Of a stretch of 64,000 bases of DNA, positions 62,584 to 64,000 are shown in pieces (within the stretch, counting starts at the first letter, position 1; each line of letters opens with the position of its first letter). The DNA is from an uncultured Nitrospiraceae bacterium (GTDB taxonomy: Bacteria > Nitrospirota > Nitrospiria > Nitrospirales > Nitrospiraceae), in NCBI GenBank assembly GCA_963706325.1, contig CAVPLT010000004.1:672001-736000 (forward strand). The letters run 5' to 3'. Below the pieces are notes generated by a model. The model saw only the letters and a list, made by a program, of their open reading frames with translations, was not told where the DNA came from and ran no database searches. Position numbers and translations under genes: made by a program.

Positions 62584-64000
62584 GATTTCTTCGGCTGTTG
62601 TTGCAGGCCTACGGACCCTTCACCAATAAAGTCGTAGACTTTTCGATCGGTCACCCCAATTTGCATCTCATTTACGGGCCCAATGAAGCTGGGAAATCGT
62701 CGGCGCTGCGGGCCATGATAGACCTCCGATTCGGTATTCCGCCACGCAGCTCGGATGGCTTCGTTCATGCCGCGGGTGATCTACGTATCGGCGGGATTTT
62801 TGTTGATCAGGCGGGAGAGCGAATTGGCTTGGTCCGCCGGAAGGGTAGGGGTGCGACCCTCGCTCGTCTTGATGTCGAGACGGAACAGCCGGATACGACT
62901 CTGACAGTAGAGAGCCGATGTGAACGGGAATTGACCGGCGGGCTGGAGCGCGCCGAGTTTGAAGCCATGTTCGGACTCAACCATGCTCGTCTGCGCGAAG
63001 GCGGTCAAGTGCTGCTGAGCGGTGAGGGAAATCTAGGGGCAACTCTCTTCGAAGCGAGCGCGGGAACCAGCGGCATCGGGGATCTGTTGGCGGCCTTGGA
63101 AGTCGACGCGAAGAAGCTCTATAGCCCGCACGGTCGCGCGCAGAACGCGGTGATCAATGAGGCGCGCCGTCATCTCGATGAGCAGCGGCAGGCCTGGCGT
63201 CAGGCGCAGACGAAACCCGCCGATTGGCAGGCCCTGAATCGCACACATGAAGTCGCCGCGGCTGCGCTCGACGAGGTGACGAACACCTTGGAGCAGTTAC
63301 GCCGGCGCGAAAATGAACTGACGGAGCTGCGCACGGTTGAGCCATTGCTGCGAGAGCACGATCGTGTGGCGGCCGAGCTGCAGACTCTCGCCGCGATTCC
63401 GGACCTCACAGAGAACTTCCGCGAAGAACGATTGGCGGCCGCACAGGCCTTATCCCATGCGCAGCGAGATGTGAGAGAGGCCGAACGTGAACTCGACCGG
63501 TGCGCTCGCGCGCTCGATGCGCTGGTCCTTGAGCCGTTACTCCTTGAGCATGCAGACGCAATCGAACGATTGGTCTCCGGGGTCGCCGCTGCGGCTCGCC
63601 ATCGCATCGAGGTGCAACAACAGGATGCCGTCATGGCGAAGATTGAGAGTGACCTGGCGACAGCGGTTGCTCGGCTTGCACCGGGACGAGCTCTTGGTGA
63701 ACTGCTATCCATCATTCCTTCTGCCGCCGACCGCGTGGCGTTGGATGACCATTTGATTCAGGTAAGTCGACTGGGGGAACGACTCGATGGGTACCGGCAG
63801 CGTGCCGAGATGCTGGACCAGGCTCTGAGGCCGGACATTGATCAGCCCACGGTGCTGCTGGACCAGGCGGTCATGCAACGGCTGGCGGCGGCTGTTCGAA
63901 CGGGGCAATCGCTGGGTGACGTCGTTCGACGAACCACTGATGCCGATCGGCAGCTTCGGGAGCTCGATCGCAAGCTTGAACAGGCGCTGTCGGATTTAGG
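62580..64000 (+). CDS. YhaN-like (AAA_27) coiled-coil ATPase, runs off the right edge
   Basis: Not in the ORF track. MRFLRLLLQAYGPFT...IYGPNEAGKSS...FGIP; ATGA overlap with the nuclease gene. Confidence 0.92.
   Translation, partial: MRFLRLLLQAYGPFTNKVVDFSIGHPNLHLIYGPNEAGKSSALRAMIDLRFGIPPRSSDGFVHAAGDLRIGGIFVDQAGERIGLVRRKGRGATLARLDVETEQPDTTLTVESRCERELTGGLERAEFEAMFGLNHARLREGGQVLLSGEGNLGATLFEASAGTSGIGDLLAALEVDAKKLYSPHGRAQNAVINEARRHLDEQRQAWRQAQTKPADWQALNRTHEVAAAALDEVTNTLEQLRRRENELTELRTVEPLLREHDRVAAELQTLAAIPDLTENFREERLAAAQALSHAQRDVREAERELDRCARALDALVLEPLLLEHADAIERLVSGVAAAARHRIEVQQQDAVMAKIESDLATAVARLAPGRALGELLSIIPSAADRVALDDHLIQVSRLGERLDGYRQRAEMLDQALRPDIDQPTVLLDQAVMQRLAAAVRTGQSLGDVVRRTTDADRQLRELDRKLEQALSDL

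Overview
GC-rich bacterial chromosome segment. The gene content, integrase style and dispersed repeat family suggest Nitrospira, but this is an inference. (1) 1-30.6 kb is an integration hotspot of decaying mobile elements. The first is a phage-satellite or prophage-like island ending at a tRNA-Pro(TGG) 3' fragment (14544-14590). It carries a primase zinc finger, an excisionase, a divergent RHH pair, a superinfection-immunity gene, a virion-protein remnant and a cargo of stand-alone REC, PilZ and MEDS proteins. The second element carries a Panacea TA pair, a sigma54-linked RR/HK pair, xis, XRE and a broken integrase that runs into the 5' end of an intact tRNA-Arg(TCT) (23811-23887). The third lies between that tRNA and a degenerate copy of its 3' half (about 30559-30596) and carries DUF72, VOC and YciI. 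(2) 30.6-57 kb is intact backbone rich in stress and proteostasis genes: DUF748, 1-Cys Prx, B12 radical SAM, degenerate HD-GYP, RuBisCO-like protein, cyclase, DsbA-like, a clpX paralog, msrB, lon, otsA, THUMP methyltransferase, Nudix, and two MITE-like repeats. (3) 56.3-64 kb holds a RelBE-like operon, a frameshifted RloC-like gene, a CorE-like Cys-rich ECF sigma factor divergent from a 12-Cys metallothionein-like peptide with an ECF promoter (the best candidate for an undescribed system), an ICMT-family gene and a yhaO/yhaN-like nuclease-ATPase pair. All family calls come from motif recognition by eye; no database searches were run.
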